Shown piece by piece: positions 50,191-60,010 of a stretch of 64,000 bases of DNA (the stretch's first letter is position 1; each line of letters opens with the position of its first letter). The notes beneath the pieces were generated by a model that made no database searches, was not told the DNA's origin, and was given only the letters and a program-made list of their open reading frames with translations. The DNA is taken from positions 928,001 through 992,000 of the forward strand of contig OZ252100.1 in NCBI GenBank assembly GCA_965248435.1. Direction: 5' to 3'. The position numbers and the translations under genes were made by a program. Source of the DNA: Candidatus Latescibacterota bacterium (GTDB taxonomy: Bacteria > Latescibacterota > UBA2968 > GCA-2709665).

Positions 50191-51159
50191 CTATGCAAAC
50201 GGCATTGCTTTGACAATTTCATCTGCTGAATGGCATAGATTCTGGATCTGTCGTTCGCTCAGTTCTGTAAACCCTAGTTGCTCTAACCCCTGTTTCAGTT
50301 CAAGAGGGAGCGAGTTGAGGTGATTCTCAAGGGACGCTTTATAGACACCCAAGATCACATCATATGCGTCTGCGTAAATCAATTCGTGCACTGACACAAA
50401 GTCTTGTCTTTGAATCTCACGGTCCACCTTTCGCGACAACAGAGCAGCATGTTCGCTGGCCACAGAAAATGCATCTTTATATCCGCTGCATTCTCTCAAA
50501 TGACGGCGATATTCATTCAAGCTACTCATTCTCAAACAAATTTCCTGCTCCTTGTCGCTGATGTCTAAGGGCCAATTGCGAGTTATCGCAGTGTAGATGC
50601 CTGGCAGATGCCTTAAATTCGAGATCGGTTTGCCCGTTTCCGTACTCCCGCATTCGAAGTAGCCATACATAAACGCAGCATCGGCCCAGGCCGCCATTGC
50701 TGCCATTGCTCCTGTATGATAGGTTTGTTTTGCAACACAGCTATCCGCCCACGCTTTTCTCGATTCAACCACTACCTTTGCCCCTTGATACAGTTTATCC
50801 TTACCCTCTTCTGATTGAAAAATCTGCATGGCCTCACTCTTAAGAGTAGCAAATCGTCGGTCCGGATCGTTTATAGCTCGGGCATCCTTTAGGAATCGGA
50901 ACTGCCAGGGATCAGAAGCTACTTTTTGGAGCGAAGGGAATTGGTGGATATGACGCTGGATCAATTCTCCCTCGAAATCAATGTTCTCATTGCTTTTCCC
51001 CCTGTGTTCGACATAGACCATCAGATCCAGATCGCTGTACTCGTCTGCCGTCCCCCTACCAACAGATCCTCCGGCATAGACGCAAACAGTACCGGGGACG
51101 GTATTCAACTTGACGTATTCCTTACCAACCTCAATCAACTGGCGTGTTTTTTCAGTCAT
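50191..51159 (-). CDS. nucleotidyltransferase-domain protein
   Basis: GGSVGRG.AD.YSDLDL. Confidence 0.78.
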   Translation of the reverse strand: MTEKTRQLIEVGKEYVKLNTVPGTVCVYAGGSVGRGTADEYSDLDLMVYVEHRGKSNENIDFEGELIQRHIHQFPSLQKVASDPWQFRFLKDARAINDPDRRFATLKSEAMQIFQSEEGKDKLYQGAKVVVESRKAWADSCVAKQTYHTGAMAAMAAWADAAFMYGYFECGSTETGKPISNLRHLPGIYTAITRNWPLDISDKEQEICLRMSSLNEYRRHLRECSGYKDAFSVASEHAALLSRKVDREIQRQDFVSVHELIYADAYDVILGVYKASLENHLNSLPLELKQGLEQLGFTELSERQIQNLCHSADEIVKAMPFA

Positions 51160-51177
51160 CTCTCAAATCTAGACTAC

Positions 51178-51202
51178 GAAGCCGCGCACGGGCGTGTTAG
51201 CG
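51178..51202 (-). repeat. attC-like remnant
   Basis: gaagccgcgcacgggcgtGTTAGCG. Confidence 0.6.
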
Positions 51203-51212
51203 GACGGCCAAA

Positions 51213-52037
51213 CTATATCTCGCTAATGATATTCTTGACTCTACTTACACCATCCTCGCTTATCTTCCAGGTCAATCCAAATCGTGAACTGATTTCCCTG
51301 CGTTGCTCCTCATGTAGCTCCACTAGGTTAGCGTAAGCCTTCTTGAGGGAGTCACGTGTTGGCTGGGGGAATAGGCTCGCAAATCGGCCAGCCAGGTCCG
51401 ATGGCATTCGCTGCTCGAGCTGCCTGGGCGTGAATCCGTGTTCTCCCTGTAGACAGGCATGCCATTTCTCCACGATGTCTCGTAGATCGGCAAACGACCA
51501 AGCTGCGGAGTAGTATTCACCACGTTTGGTGTGTAATGCAACATACACAAGCCACGCCCAGAGACGTTCGTCTTCATGAATCAACAGTTCTTCACAGCGA
51601 GTCGGTCTGCTCTCGCCGCGTGCCCTGGCTTCATCATTCGAACCCTGACACCATTCCTCAAGCCCGTCTGACTTCGTCCAGATAAGGTGAAAAGGCGCGC
51701 CTTCCAAACCGGGCAAGTCCTCTCGTACGTACAAATTGATGTCTACCTTGACACAAGGCTCGAAGAGATAGATTACGAAATACTCCTTGATGTGATCTGC
51801 ATCAAATCGGTGGAACCACGGTTCGGTAGCCCAATTCCACCTTTCAGACCAGACCGCATCTCGGATCTTCTGGGAATCAAGAACGACCCCCAAGTCAAGG
51901 TCGGATTGCTCGTCCATCTCCCCGGTAGCCTGACTTCCGCTGGCGAAGATGCCGATGATTCCGTCTATGTCCCGGAAGTGTCGCAGTAGACTGTCAAGAA
52001 CGCGTCTGTGCTCAGAGAGATGAACTGTATCGAACAC
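51213..52037 (-). CDS. nucleotidyltransferase (adenylyltransferase-like)
   Basis: SGS.A.G..DEQSDLDL, KVDI, RGEY. Confidence 0.75.
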   Translation of the reverse strand: MFDTVHLSEHRRVLDSLLRHFRDIDGIIGIFASGSQATGEMDEQSDLDLGVVLDSQKIRDAVWSERWNWATEPWFHRFDADHIKEYFVIYLFEPCVKVDINLYVREDLPGLEGAPFHLIWTKSDGLEEWCQGSNDEARARGESRPTRCEELLIHEDERLWAWLVYVALHTKRGEYYSAAWSFADLRDIVEKWHACLQGEHGFTPRQLEQRMPSDLAGRFASLFPQPTRDSLKKAYANLVELHEEQRREISSRFGLTWKISEDGVSRVKNIISEI

Positions 52038-52071
52038 CAGGAGAATCCTTTACCAACATTCTGTGGCTGTC

Positions 52072-52156
52072 CGCCAACGTTCTCGGCACCCACGATCCCG
52101 CGCAGCAGGTCGGGCGAGGGGCCGGATGGCCGGAGCCGTGGGTGCTCGTGTTTCAC
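52072..52156 (-). repeat. attC-like site
   Basis: CGCCAAC..gcacccacg...cgtgggtgc..GTTTCAC. Confidence 0.8.
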
Positions 52157-52176
52157 GCTGCCGTACGATCGAGACC

Positions 52177-53178
52177 TCATATCTCGAAGAGAAACGACTT
52201 CCTATCTAGAAACTTACGGCAGTAGTCTCTTGCGAATATAGGGATACGTTTCTTCATGGCATCGTGGGTTTCTGGATTTGGGATGTGGAACGAATAGCCG
52301 GAGAGGATGGCTACTATGGCAAATGCCTCTACCCACTGAATGACCTCCCGAGGTAGGGTCCGCAGGCGAGCGTAACCATCTAGGAAAGGCTTCCTCATTT
52401 CTGTCTTTAGGCAAGGAACGCTAACGCCGAAGTCGAACAATAGATGCCCAAATCCACACAGGGAAAAGTCAATGGGACGGACATCGTCTTCGTGTACAAG
52501 CACATTTCCACCCTGGAGGTCCGAGTGGATCAACCCCCAGCTTTCGTGACTTGCCCCAATTGAGTCCAAAACTGATTTGACCTCCTTCGCCGTTTCAGAC
52601 AATACTCGATACTCTTCGTCACTAAAGAGTCCAAGCTGCAAACCCGGTCTAAGCAATTCCAGTCTTCTTCGAATATAGTCCGTTTCGTATGCAGGTCTGA
52701 CGAAGTCGCTGGGGTGAGCCCACCTGTTCGAATGATCGTGGAGTTTTGCCAGCATCCGACCGAACGATTCTGCAAGATTGCAGACATTATTCGCTTCCTG
52801 AAACAGCGTTTCCCCGTCTATCCATTCCAAAATTGAGCAGGGAACCTCCTCTTGTTCTGAGTGAGCAAGAAAAGAGACAAGCTTGCCTTCGTTTGAACGG
52901 ATTGGTTTCTGAACTGTGATGTCTGTATCTCGTGCTATAGCGTCTAGCCACATCAATTCAGAGCTAATCATCCCCTCAGTGTATCTTTTCTTGTCAAAGT
53001 TCGTGGTCGCTGGAGAATGGATTCGCAGTAGCAGAGAACGGCCTTGAGTCCCTTCCCGGACTCTAAAAGTCATGTTCTCATTATGTCTTATAAACTCTGG
53101 CGTTGGATCTTTCAAATCATACTGGCTTAGCGCTTGGTTTGCGAGGCTAAGGGCATCTTTGAGCGAAATGGAATGCAC
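52177..53178 (-). CDS. phosphotransferase (APH/homoserine kinase type II fold)
   Basis: LLRIH, IHSDLQGGNVL, IDF. Confidence 0.85.
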   Translation of the reverse strand: MHSISLKDALSLANQALSQYDLKDPTPEFIRHNENMTFRVREGTQGRSLLLRIHSPATTNFDKKRYTEGMISSELMWLDAIARDTDITVQKPIRSNEGKLVSFLAHSEQEEVPCSILEWIDGETLFQEANNVCNLAESFGRMLAKLHDHSNRWAHPSDFVRPAYETDYIRRRLELLRPGLQLGLFSDEEYRVLSETAKEVKSVLDSIGASHESWGLIHSDLQGGNVLVHEDDVRPIDFSLCGFGHLLFDFGVSVPCLKTEMRKPFLDGYARLRTLPREVIQWVEAFAIVAILSGYSFHIPNPETHDAMKKRIPIFARDYCRKFLDRKSFLFEI

Positions 53179-53223
53179 TATGAACAGTCCTCATCTACTA
53201 TTGCTCTGCCATATGAAGCTCAA

Positions 53224-53811
53224 TCAGAGACTCTTCCTTGCACAACATCTGACCCACTTTTCATTCGACCATATGTCGAGAATGTGAAAACCTTCACCAC
53301 ATACTGCAGCACTCAACTGTTCCACACGCCAGTAGGTAAACCAACGTGGAGCGTTCTCATCGCCTGGTTCCCACCTCTCGCCAACACCTTTCTTCACGCT
53401 GATGAAGAGATTACCTCCTGGCTTAAGGACTCGGCAAAATTCTCTTAGCGTCCAAGGTATGGCCTCCCTTTCAATGTGAAGAAGAGAAGCGTTGACCCAT
53501 AACCCATCTATCTTCTGCAGAAAAGGCAGGGTTTCCATGTCTGCTTGTACAAAAGGGTAAGGAAACATGCGTCTTCCGATCTTAATCATCTGGCTGGAAA
53601 GGTCGAGGCCTATCACTCGAAATCCTTTCGCCAGCAGAAGATCTCCATCAAATCCGGGACCACATCCGATATCCAAGATCAGATCGTTTGCCTCACAGTG
53701 CTGAGCGAACTGATCGAGATTGCCCTCAATCTTGCTCCGATCCTTATTTCTCTCAAGAAAGCGTTCCGCAATCTGATTATAGGACTGGGTGGTACCCGCC
53801 TTGGTAGACAT
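53224..53811 (-). CDS. class I SAM methyltransferase
   Basis: ILDIGCGPG, ASLLH, LKPGG. Confidence 0.88.
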   Translation of the reverse strand: MSTKAGTTQSYNQIAERFLERNKDRSKIEGNLDQFAQHCEANDLILDIGCGPGFDGDLLLAKGFRVIGLDLSSQMIKIGRRMFPYPFVQADMETLPFLQKIDGLWVNASLLHIEREAIPWTLREFCRVLKPGGNLFISVKKGVGERWEPGDENAPRWFTYWRVEQLSAAVCGEGFHILDIWSNEKWVRCCARKSL

Positions 53812-53891
53812 TACTTTGGCTCTTTCCTAGTTCTGATTTTGTTCGCAATAGCGTTTCTGAGAATTCTGGGAGTTGGGGACCTGCCAATACC

Positions 53892-53948
53892 GCACAACGT
53901 TCTAGGCTCTACGGCGGATGCCACGAGCCGCAGCCGGTCGTGTTATGT
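53892..53948 (-). repeat. attC-like site
   Basis: GCACAAC...gagccgcagccggtcgtGTTATGT. Confidence 0.75.
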
Positions 53949-54021
53949 TGCAGTGCCAGCAGTTTGAGTTTAAGAGCTTGTCGTGGACTCTACGGAACAC
54001 CTCAGACGAAATATCCATTTC

Positions 54022-54936
54022 TTACTTCTCAAACATGGCCCTGTATTCTGGAATCATCCAGTCCCGATTGGTGAAATCGGGGAGACTGTTTCGGCGGAAT
54101 AAATCCAGCAGGTAAAGGCATTGCTCCTTTCGAATGCCTTTAGCGAGATTTGGGCCATACGATGCCCCGCCAAAATGAAGCACACCCCGGCTGGAGGTCA
54201 GATAGACCATCTCGTGGGTAGTCATCACAGCTGTCATCAGACCCATGGTGTCATAGTAGCCCGCGCCCTCCAAGGTGTCTTCATACATCCAGGCGCAGCT
54301 AAAACCTATACGATCAGCTACACGACGAAAAACCTTCGAGTTCTTGACCAAAGTGCAACACGGCAAACACCGTGGATGGTTCGTGCCCACCATTGTAGCC
54401 AAAGGCTCTCCAGTGTTCTCTGGAGTTGGAGCAAACAGGTTTCTTAGGTGATGAAGGTACAACTTATTCTTCTGGGCACGCTCTTTGGACCGGTATTGCG
54501 AAAGGTCCTGAGTAAAAACATTCCTATCGCCATGAAATAGACTCAAGCTATCTGGATCTTCATTGGCTTGAATCGCCCACGCTTCCTCCCGGTCTTCGAT
54601 CGCCAGAATCATTTGGTCGATCGTATCCGACATCACAAAGCAAATATCGGAGTCGACAAGGAGGTAGTAATCACAATCGGGGTCATCCATCACGAACTGT
54701 CGAAGAACCTCACCGTGCGAGTTGGCCTGTCTCCCCTCGGCCTCCCAGCCGCTTTGTCTGAACTCAATTCCGACGCTTTCGGCGTAATCCTTTAGATCCT
54801 CCGTTCGCTCTGTGGACGAATTGTCCATGATGACGAACTTCAGATCACTACGCGCACTGTGCATAGCGAAGTAGGATCTGGCCGCCAGCTCGGTGAAAGC
54901 GGAACTGTTGTGATTGATGATAACCGCGTTGATCAT
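54022..54936 (-). CDS. glycosyltransferase family 2-like protein
   Basis: VIINHN, MDNSS, LLVDSD. Confidence 0.7.
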   Translation of the reverse strand: MINAVIINHNSSAFTELAARSYFAMHSARSDLKFVIMDNSSTERTEDLKDYAESVGIEFRQSGWEAEGRQANSHGEVLRQFVMDDPDCDYYLLVDSDICFVMSDTIDQMILAIEDREEAWAIQANEDPDSLSLFHGDRNVFTQDLSQYRSKERAQKNKLYLHHLRNLFAPTPENTGEPLATMVGTNHPRCLPCCTLVKNSKVFRRVADRIGFSCAWMYEDTLEGAGYYDTMGLMTAVMTTHEMVYLTSSRGVLHFGGASYGPNLAKGIRKEQCLYLLDLFRRNSLPDFTNRDWMIPEYRAMFEK

Positions 54937-54988
54937 CGAACTAGAGGTCCTGATTGTCTACTCTGTTATCAGGAAAGGCCGGCACTTC

Positions 54989-55060
54989 CTATAACGTTCT
55001 CGGCACCCACGAACCTGCCACAGGCAGGTTACAGCGGAGCCGCAACACGCCATGTTATGT
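54989..55060 (-). repeat. attC-like site
   Basis: CTATAACgttctcggcacccacgaacctgcc...GTTATGT. Confidence 0.78.
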
Positions 55061-55114
55061 GCCCGTGCGGCCCTAGCCTGGCTTGCCAGGAAGGCGAGCC
55101 AGGTCCACAGGGAA

Positions 55115-55969
55115 TCAGGAATGCTCCACCAGAAACTCACGCAGGATCTTCTTGAGGTCTTCTGGTCTTTCCACCCATGGATAATGCCCGCTTTCTTCGA
55201 TCGCACGATAGCAGCCGTTCTGGACCAGAGATGACAGCTTCTCTATGAAGTGGGCGGGGCGAGAGTCTGCTGCTCCATGGACAAATAGGATTGGCATCCG
55301 CAACCGGTGAACGGCTTTGTGGAATGCCGGATCATTCTGGTAGGCACTCCAATCAGAGCCGACTTCTCGGTTTACATCGTTGCTTGTAGGATGGAGATCA
55401 TATTGGGGTAGCATTCCAATATGATCCGGGCTGCATACATCGGCCCTTCTGCTTAGTTCCGTGAGCCGTTTCTCCATTCGTTCGAGCTCGACCCCTTCGA
55501 CTTCCTCCCTCTCAGATCGAAGGCGAGTGTATTCGTTTCTTTCGGCCTCAGACAGAACAGCCAGCCGATTCTTCCGGTACTCTTCATGCCATTTGGGATC
55601 AATCCCCGTTCCGGAAATATGAATGACGGCAGTTGTGTGAGCCGGGAACCGGACCGCATGGGCGAGGGCAAGACCTGCTCCCCAAGAGTGACCGGCAACG
55701 ATCCAGCGTTCATGTGCATAGTGTTTTCTGAGGCTATCAAGATCCTCAACGAAGGTAGAAACATTATAGGGTCCTGATTCACTTGATCGTCCGCCTCCGC
55801 GCTGGTCATAACGAATCACCTGGCAGAGATCGTCAATCATTTCCGCTACGGGTTCTAGACAATCGTAAGCGCCAGGTCCGCCGTGACACAGTACGATCGG
55901 AAGGCCCCCTCCCTGCACCGTACTCCAAAGATTCACTCCGTTCACAGCGACCATCTGCTCCAAGCACAT
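55115..55969 (-). CDS. alpha/beta hydrolase (proline iminopeptidase-like)
   Basis: HGGPG, DQRG, GHSWG, SGH. Confidence 0.88.
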   Translation of the reverse strand: MCLEQMVAVNGVNLWSTVQGGGLPIVLCHGGPGAYDCLEPVAEMIDDLCQVIRYDQRGGGRSSESGPYNVSTFVEDLDSLRKHYAHERWIVAGHSWGAGLALAHAVRFPAHTTAVIHISGTGIDPKWHEEYRKNRLAVLSEAERNEYTRLRSEREEVEGVELERMEKRLTELSRRADVCSPDHIGMLPQYDLHPTSNDVNREVGSDWSAYQNDPAFHKAVHRLRMPILFVHGAADSRPAHFIEKLSSLVQNGCYRAIEESGHYPWVERPEDLKKILREFLVEHS

Positions 55970-56041
55970 ACTGAAATACTCTTCTTTCTGCGAGCTTGCG
56001 ATTAAAGGGTTGTCAAAAAAGGCTCTAACTTCGCAACCTCT

Positions 56042-56503
56042 TCAATTCAGATCGGTTCGAATATGAGAACCGAATTCTTTCGCGATTCTTCCTAGCAAAT
56101 CTTCAGATACAGACTTTGTGGCTCCCGGAACTGCATAATGAGCAGGATAGTCTGGGTCATCGAATTGGCATCCTGCGAAGGTCCGGACCTGACTATAGCG
56201 GGGGATCAGATGCAAGTGAACATGCCGATCCTGATTCTGAAGAAAAGCGTAATTAAAGTGATCGGGATTAAATGCTTCATTCAGTGCTCGAGTTGCAATA
56301 CGCAGTTGATGTTGTAATTCCGCCCACTCATCCGCTGAGAATTCGCTGACAACTTCGATGTGACGGCGCAATACCAAGAAACACTTGCCCAAAAGATTTT
56401 GATTTGTGTTGACGACAAGGATCCAATGCGAACTTTGGGAAACTACCGGAGCCAATGCGGAGTCACACAGCCCACATTCAGGGTTATTAATGACATTTGA
56501 CAT
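56042..56503 (-). CDS. HIT family protein (paralog of 18273)
   Basis: HVHLHLIPRY; ATG 56503. Confidence 0.87.
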   Translation of the reverse strand: MSNVINNPECGLCDSALAPVVSQSSHWILVVNTNQNLLGKCFLVLRRHIEVVSEFSADEWAELQHQLRIATRALNEAFNPDHFNYAFLQNQDRHVHLHLIPRYSQVRTFAGCQFDDPDYPAHYAVPGATKSVSEDLLGRIAKEFGSHIRTDLN

Positions 56504-56529
56504 TTTCGATTTCCTTAACCGCTCATGCC

Positions 56530-56615
56530 CGCTAACCTTCTCGCCGGCTGCGAACCTGCCGCAGGCAGTTGAGCGAAGGTGCGGCTGCACCGAGCCGCCC
56601 ACGGGCGTGTTGCAA
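56530..56615 (-). repeat. attC-like site
   Basis: CGCTAAC...GTTGCAA. Confidence 0.82.
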
Positions 56616-56628
56616 GCCGTGGCAATCT

Positions 56629-57432
56629 TTATTGGTCACGGTCACCCTTAGCGCCAGCGGTCCGATACAGCCAGATCGAATAACTCGACCAGTATCTTAT
56701 CCGATCTATATCTGTGTAATTTGTCTTCAGATTGTCTATAAACTCGACGTAGGCTCGGTCGAAGTCTTCTTGCGAATAGCGGTCGAACGTGGAGTAAAAC
56801 TTGTTGCGGGTCTGTTCACAGATCCAAGAGAATGTAGCCTCCCGAGGAAACCGAAATTCGTAGGTACCCTCCAAGATGAATCGAGGATCGAGGTCGGAGG
56901 CATTGTTCATAGTTGCCCTAGGTGGTACGAGGCTGTAATCGATGTATCCTGGAAACCATCGCCCCCAGACATGCTCTTCCTCTTGTTCTCTTAGCCTTGT
57001 GTAGACACCGAAGTGCCCACCGGTTTCGCAGATGCGATAGACTTCCGAAAACGTCTCAACCAACGGAAGATAGTGGATCGAATTGAAGGAGATCGAAAGT
57101 GATATGCTGTGCGAATCTATTCCAGTCTGCCCAGAAGTAGCTCCCATCCAGTCACACTCAAATTCGTAGTCGCTCGATTGTGCTGCCGCCTCCCTCAGCA
57201 TCTCTTGGCTTGTGTCTACCCCTACTAGCCTTTGCACAGGATAACCTGACTCCTTTAGTCTCGCTGCCAAAGCAAAGCCGTACCGGGCAGTACCACATCC
57301 AAGATCGCACACGGAATGCACACGCCGTGGAAGGGCCTTCACGAGCCAATTGATTGGCTCCAAATCTGTGGTCCTGTACTTGTCGTAATCACTTGCGACA
57401 GAATTGAAGTGATCAGCCGACTCTTGACTCAT
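56629..57432 (-). CDS. class I SAM methyltransferase
   Basis: VCDLGCGTA. Confidence 0.85.
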   Translation of the reverse strand: MSQESADHFNSVASDYDKYRTTDLEPINWLVKALPRRVHSVCDLGCGTARYGFALAARLKESGYPVQRLVGVDTSQEMLREAAAQSSDYEFECDWMGATSGQTGIDSHSISLSISFNSIHYLPLVETFSEVYRICETGGHFGVYTRLREQEEEHVWGRWFPGYIDYSLVPPRATMNNASDLDPRFILEGTYEFRFPREATFSWICEQTRNKFYSTFDRYSQEDFDRAYVEFIDNLKTNYTDIDRIRYWSSYSIWLYRTAGAKGDRDQ

Positions 57433-57510
57433 ATTTCATCCCATAGTGGAATCCGCTCATCACGCGGTGTTGCGTGTGTGCGCATATAAGAACCAGAGAC
57501 TGCCATGGCT

Positions 57511-57594
57511 TGTAAACGATTTGCCGTGCGCGAACTGCCGCAGGCAGTTGGGCGAAGGTGCGAATGCACCGAGCCGCGCACGGGCGTGTTATAC
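57511..57594 (-). repeat. attC-like site
   Basis: TGTAAAC..ccgtgcgcg...cgcgcacgg..GTTATAC. Confidence 0.82.
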
Positions 57595-57601
57595 GACCTG
57601 G

Positions 57602-58441
57602 TTAATCCTCACGACTCTCTTTCTCTGACCAGAATGTCATCCAAGGAGGTGCGAAATATTGGTAGTGCTCCCATGATCCGGGTTCGGCCTCGGGATCTCT
57701 CTCGCTCTCACCATCTTCATGTATTCGGAGGAGCATCAGCCCCCGGTCAATGAGTCCGTTGACAATTGTACTCAGAAGATGACGGTATTCCTGGGGGGCT
57801 GGAATGCGTTTTTGATTACCGTCAGCGTCGTGGAAGTTCCAATGAGGATCCAACGTAGAAATCTCCGCTCCCTCGACATAGGGAAGCCGAATCGGGTACC
57901 CAATGCCCTTCCAGAGATCTTCCTTTGGCCAAGAGCTGCCCCAACAACCATCGATCCACGACCCGTGCACAAACGGATTATGCGTTGAAAGCACATACTT
58001 CCCACCAGGTCGGAGAACCCGGGCAACACCGTCGAAGACAGGATCGATATCGCGAACGTAGTTGATCGAATACCCCTGCGAGACGAGATCGAACTCCTCG
58101 TCTGCAAAATCGGTCAGGTCGCGTATATCGCCCTCGACTGTTCGTATTTCGAAGCCATAGTGGTCAGCCGCAAGACGATCGGCTGCTAACTGCTTTGGCG
58201 AATGGTCAAAAACGGTAACTTGCGAGCCAAGGAAGGCGAAGGCTGCAGACTGTTTTCCTCCACCGTTCGCCAAGCAGAGCACCCTGCACCCAGACAGATC
58301 GCCCAAGATTCCTCCATGGTTGTCGGCGATCTCGGCAGCACGATCTGCCGTCAAGTCGAGAACAGGACGTGAACAGACAACCCCGGCTTCGGCGAGCGCA
58401 TCCCACTGTCTCCGGTTGTACTCGTTAATGTTCTCGCTCAT
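57602..58441 (-). CDS. class I SAM methyltransferase
   Basis: VLCLANGGG, RVLRPGG. Confidence 0.85.
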   Translation of the reverse strand: MSENINEYNRRQWDALAEAGVVCSRPVLDLTADRAAEIADNHGGILGDLSGCRVLCLANGGGKQSAAFAFLGSQVTVFDHSPKQLAADRLAADHYGFEIRTVEGDIRDLTDFADEEFDLVSQGYSINYVRDIDPVFDGVARVLRPGGKYVLSTHNPFVHGSWIDGCWGSSWPKEDLWKGIGYPIRLPYVEGAEISTLDPHWNFHDADGNQKRIPAPQEYRHLLSTIVNGLIDRGLMLLRIHEDGESERDPEAEPGSWEHYQYFAPPWMTFWSEKESRED

Positions 58442-58501
58442 TGGGCTTCCTTTGAATGGCGGCGTACGCTGCTGATAGTCTCAACGCAACTCAGCCATGC
58501 C

Positions 58502-58563
58502 GTATAACGTTCTCGGGCTTTTGCGAACCCTGCCGTCCCGAAGGGCTGGCATGCCGGTTGTGC
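58502..58563 (-). repeat. attC-like site
   Basis: GTATAACgttctc...GTTGTGC. Confidence 0.65.
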
Positions 58564-58571
58564 TCGCTATT

Positions 58572-58994
58572 TCACTGCAACCGTGCGAGCAACTCATCGA
58601 AACGTTCCTGAATCTCCGGATGAGGTGACCATTTGACATCTTGCCCGTCACCCTTGTGTCTAGGAACGATGTGGAAATGAAGGTGGAACACGTCCTGTTG
58701 TGCCTCGGGGCCAGAGCTGTTGACGATCTGTACGTTCTCGATGCCGAGTTTCTCGTGGTATAGGTTCACAACATGCTTCAAGGCTGAGATGACATGGGTC
58801 AGTTCGTAGTCAGGCACGTCGAATATGTTGGTGTAGTGACGTTTGGAGATTACCAGCGTATGGTACTCATTAACTGGGTGGATATCGAGGAAGGCATAGG
58901 CCAAGTCAGTTTCGTAAACCTTCCATGACTTGGCTGTTCCCGCCAAGACTTGGCAGAAAATACAGTCGCCGGTATTTGATTGTTCCTGAGTCAT
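58572..58994 (-). CDS. HIT family protein
   Basis: CIFC, HLHFHIVPR. Confidence 0.9.
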   Translation of the reverse strand: MTQEQSNTGDCIFCQVLAGTAKSWKVYETDLAYAFLDIHPVNEYHTLVISKRHYTNIFDVPDYELTHVISALKHVVNLYHEKLGIENVQIVNSSGPEAQQDVFHLHFHIVPRHKGDGQDVKWSPHPEIQERFDELLARLQ

Positions 58995-59037
58995 GGCCGT
59001 ATTCTCAGCGAACTGGGTTTATGTATGTTCAGCTCCA

Positions 59038-59216
59038 CTCAATTTTCCCTAAGTTCATTCCTATATGTCGCTTCCTGAGGATTTCCTGGTAGTTCTCCTG
59101 AAATCTGACTCTAGATATGGGTTACGCCGAGATCGACCAAATTTCCCGATTTTGGCTGACATAGGAATTCTACGCGGGTTTTCTGCCGGCCTGAGCCGCA
59201 GCTGGTCGTGTTGGGC
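59038..59216 (-). repeat. ~150 bp element copy 2 fused to an attC arm
   Basis: Insert followed by gccggcctgagccgcagctggtcgtGTTGGGC. Confidence 0.75.
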
Positions 59217-59238
59217 GAAGTCTTGCTTCTGAATGGCC

Positions 59239-59970
59239 TCAGGAGATGAGTTGAGGCAGTTCCGAAAGGCTTTCGACGATGAAGCCGTAGCTACGGTTAC
59301 TGGCCTTTCCTACTTTTACGGTCTTAGCCCCAGCCCTCTCCGCTGCGGCAAGTGCATCATCCTCGTCGTCCACGACAAAAACGTCCTTCGGATTAGCACC
59401 AATTTCTCCGAAAATCTTCGGATAGAAACTCTGACTTTCCTTCCGAACTCCTAGAAGATCCGAACCGAATGGTTTGCCGACGATATCCTGCAGGCCAAGA
59501 CGATCCAACACTGTCTGCACGATCCAAGAAGGGTTTCCAGATGCCATGTGGATATCGAAGCTGTTTCCTAATTCTGAAACCGCCTCCACCACGCCAGGGA
59601 ACACACCTCTCGTGTTCAGATAGAAGTGCGTTAGGACTCTCTCTGCAGCATCTACCTGCCCCTCTCGAGTCTTGGGTGCAGCCACTCCAACAGCAGCACA
59701 GGTTTCCACTATCCAATCAGCATGTAGACGGTCCCAGGTTCGAGCGAGATTCAAGCCTCGTAGCCCACCCTCATCATTGTAGTCCTGAAACCCTCTCACC
59801 CTGACACGCTGCCAAGTTTCCTCTTGGTGTCGGATCCACGAGGAGACTTCCCCGCCAAGTATCTCCACGAAAGCGGACTCAGCGAGACGTTCCCACTCTG
59901 GCAGCCATTGGTCGTTGTCGAGGATTACACCGTCCAGATCCAGCAAAACAAATGCGATGTTACTTGGCAT
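59239..59970 (-). CDS. HAD family hydrolase
   Basis: LDLDGV, VVDD. Confidence 0.85.
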   Translation of the reverse strand: MPSNIAFVLLDLDGVILDNDQWLPEWERLAESAFVEILGGEVSSWIRHQEETWQRVRVRGFQDYNDEGGLRGLNLARTWDRLHADWIVETCAAVGVAAPKTREGQVDAAERVLTHFYLNTRGVFPGVVEAVSELGNSFDIHMASGNPSWIVQTVLDRLGLQDIVGKPFGSDLLGVRKESQSFYPKIFGEIGANPKDVFVVDDEDDALAAAERAGAKTVKVGKASNRSYGFIVESLSELPQLIS

Positions 59971-60010
59971 TGATGAGTTCCGATGGTGTTGAATGTGATG
60001 GTTTGGTTTC

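Noticed and set aside
37601-56602. Long N-terminal extensions in the ORF track (38470, 43319, 56602; also 18812, 28023)
   Set aside because: They translate attC sequence; downstream starts fit better
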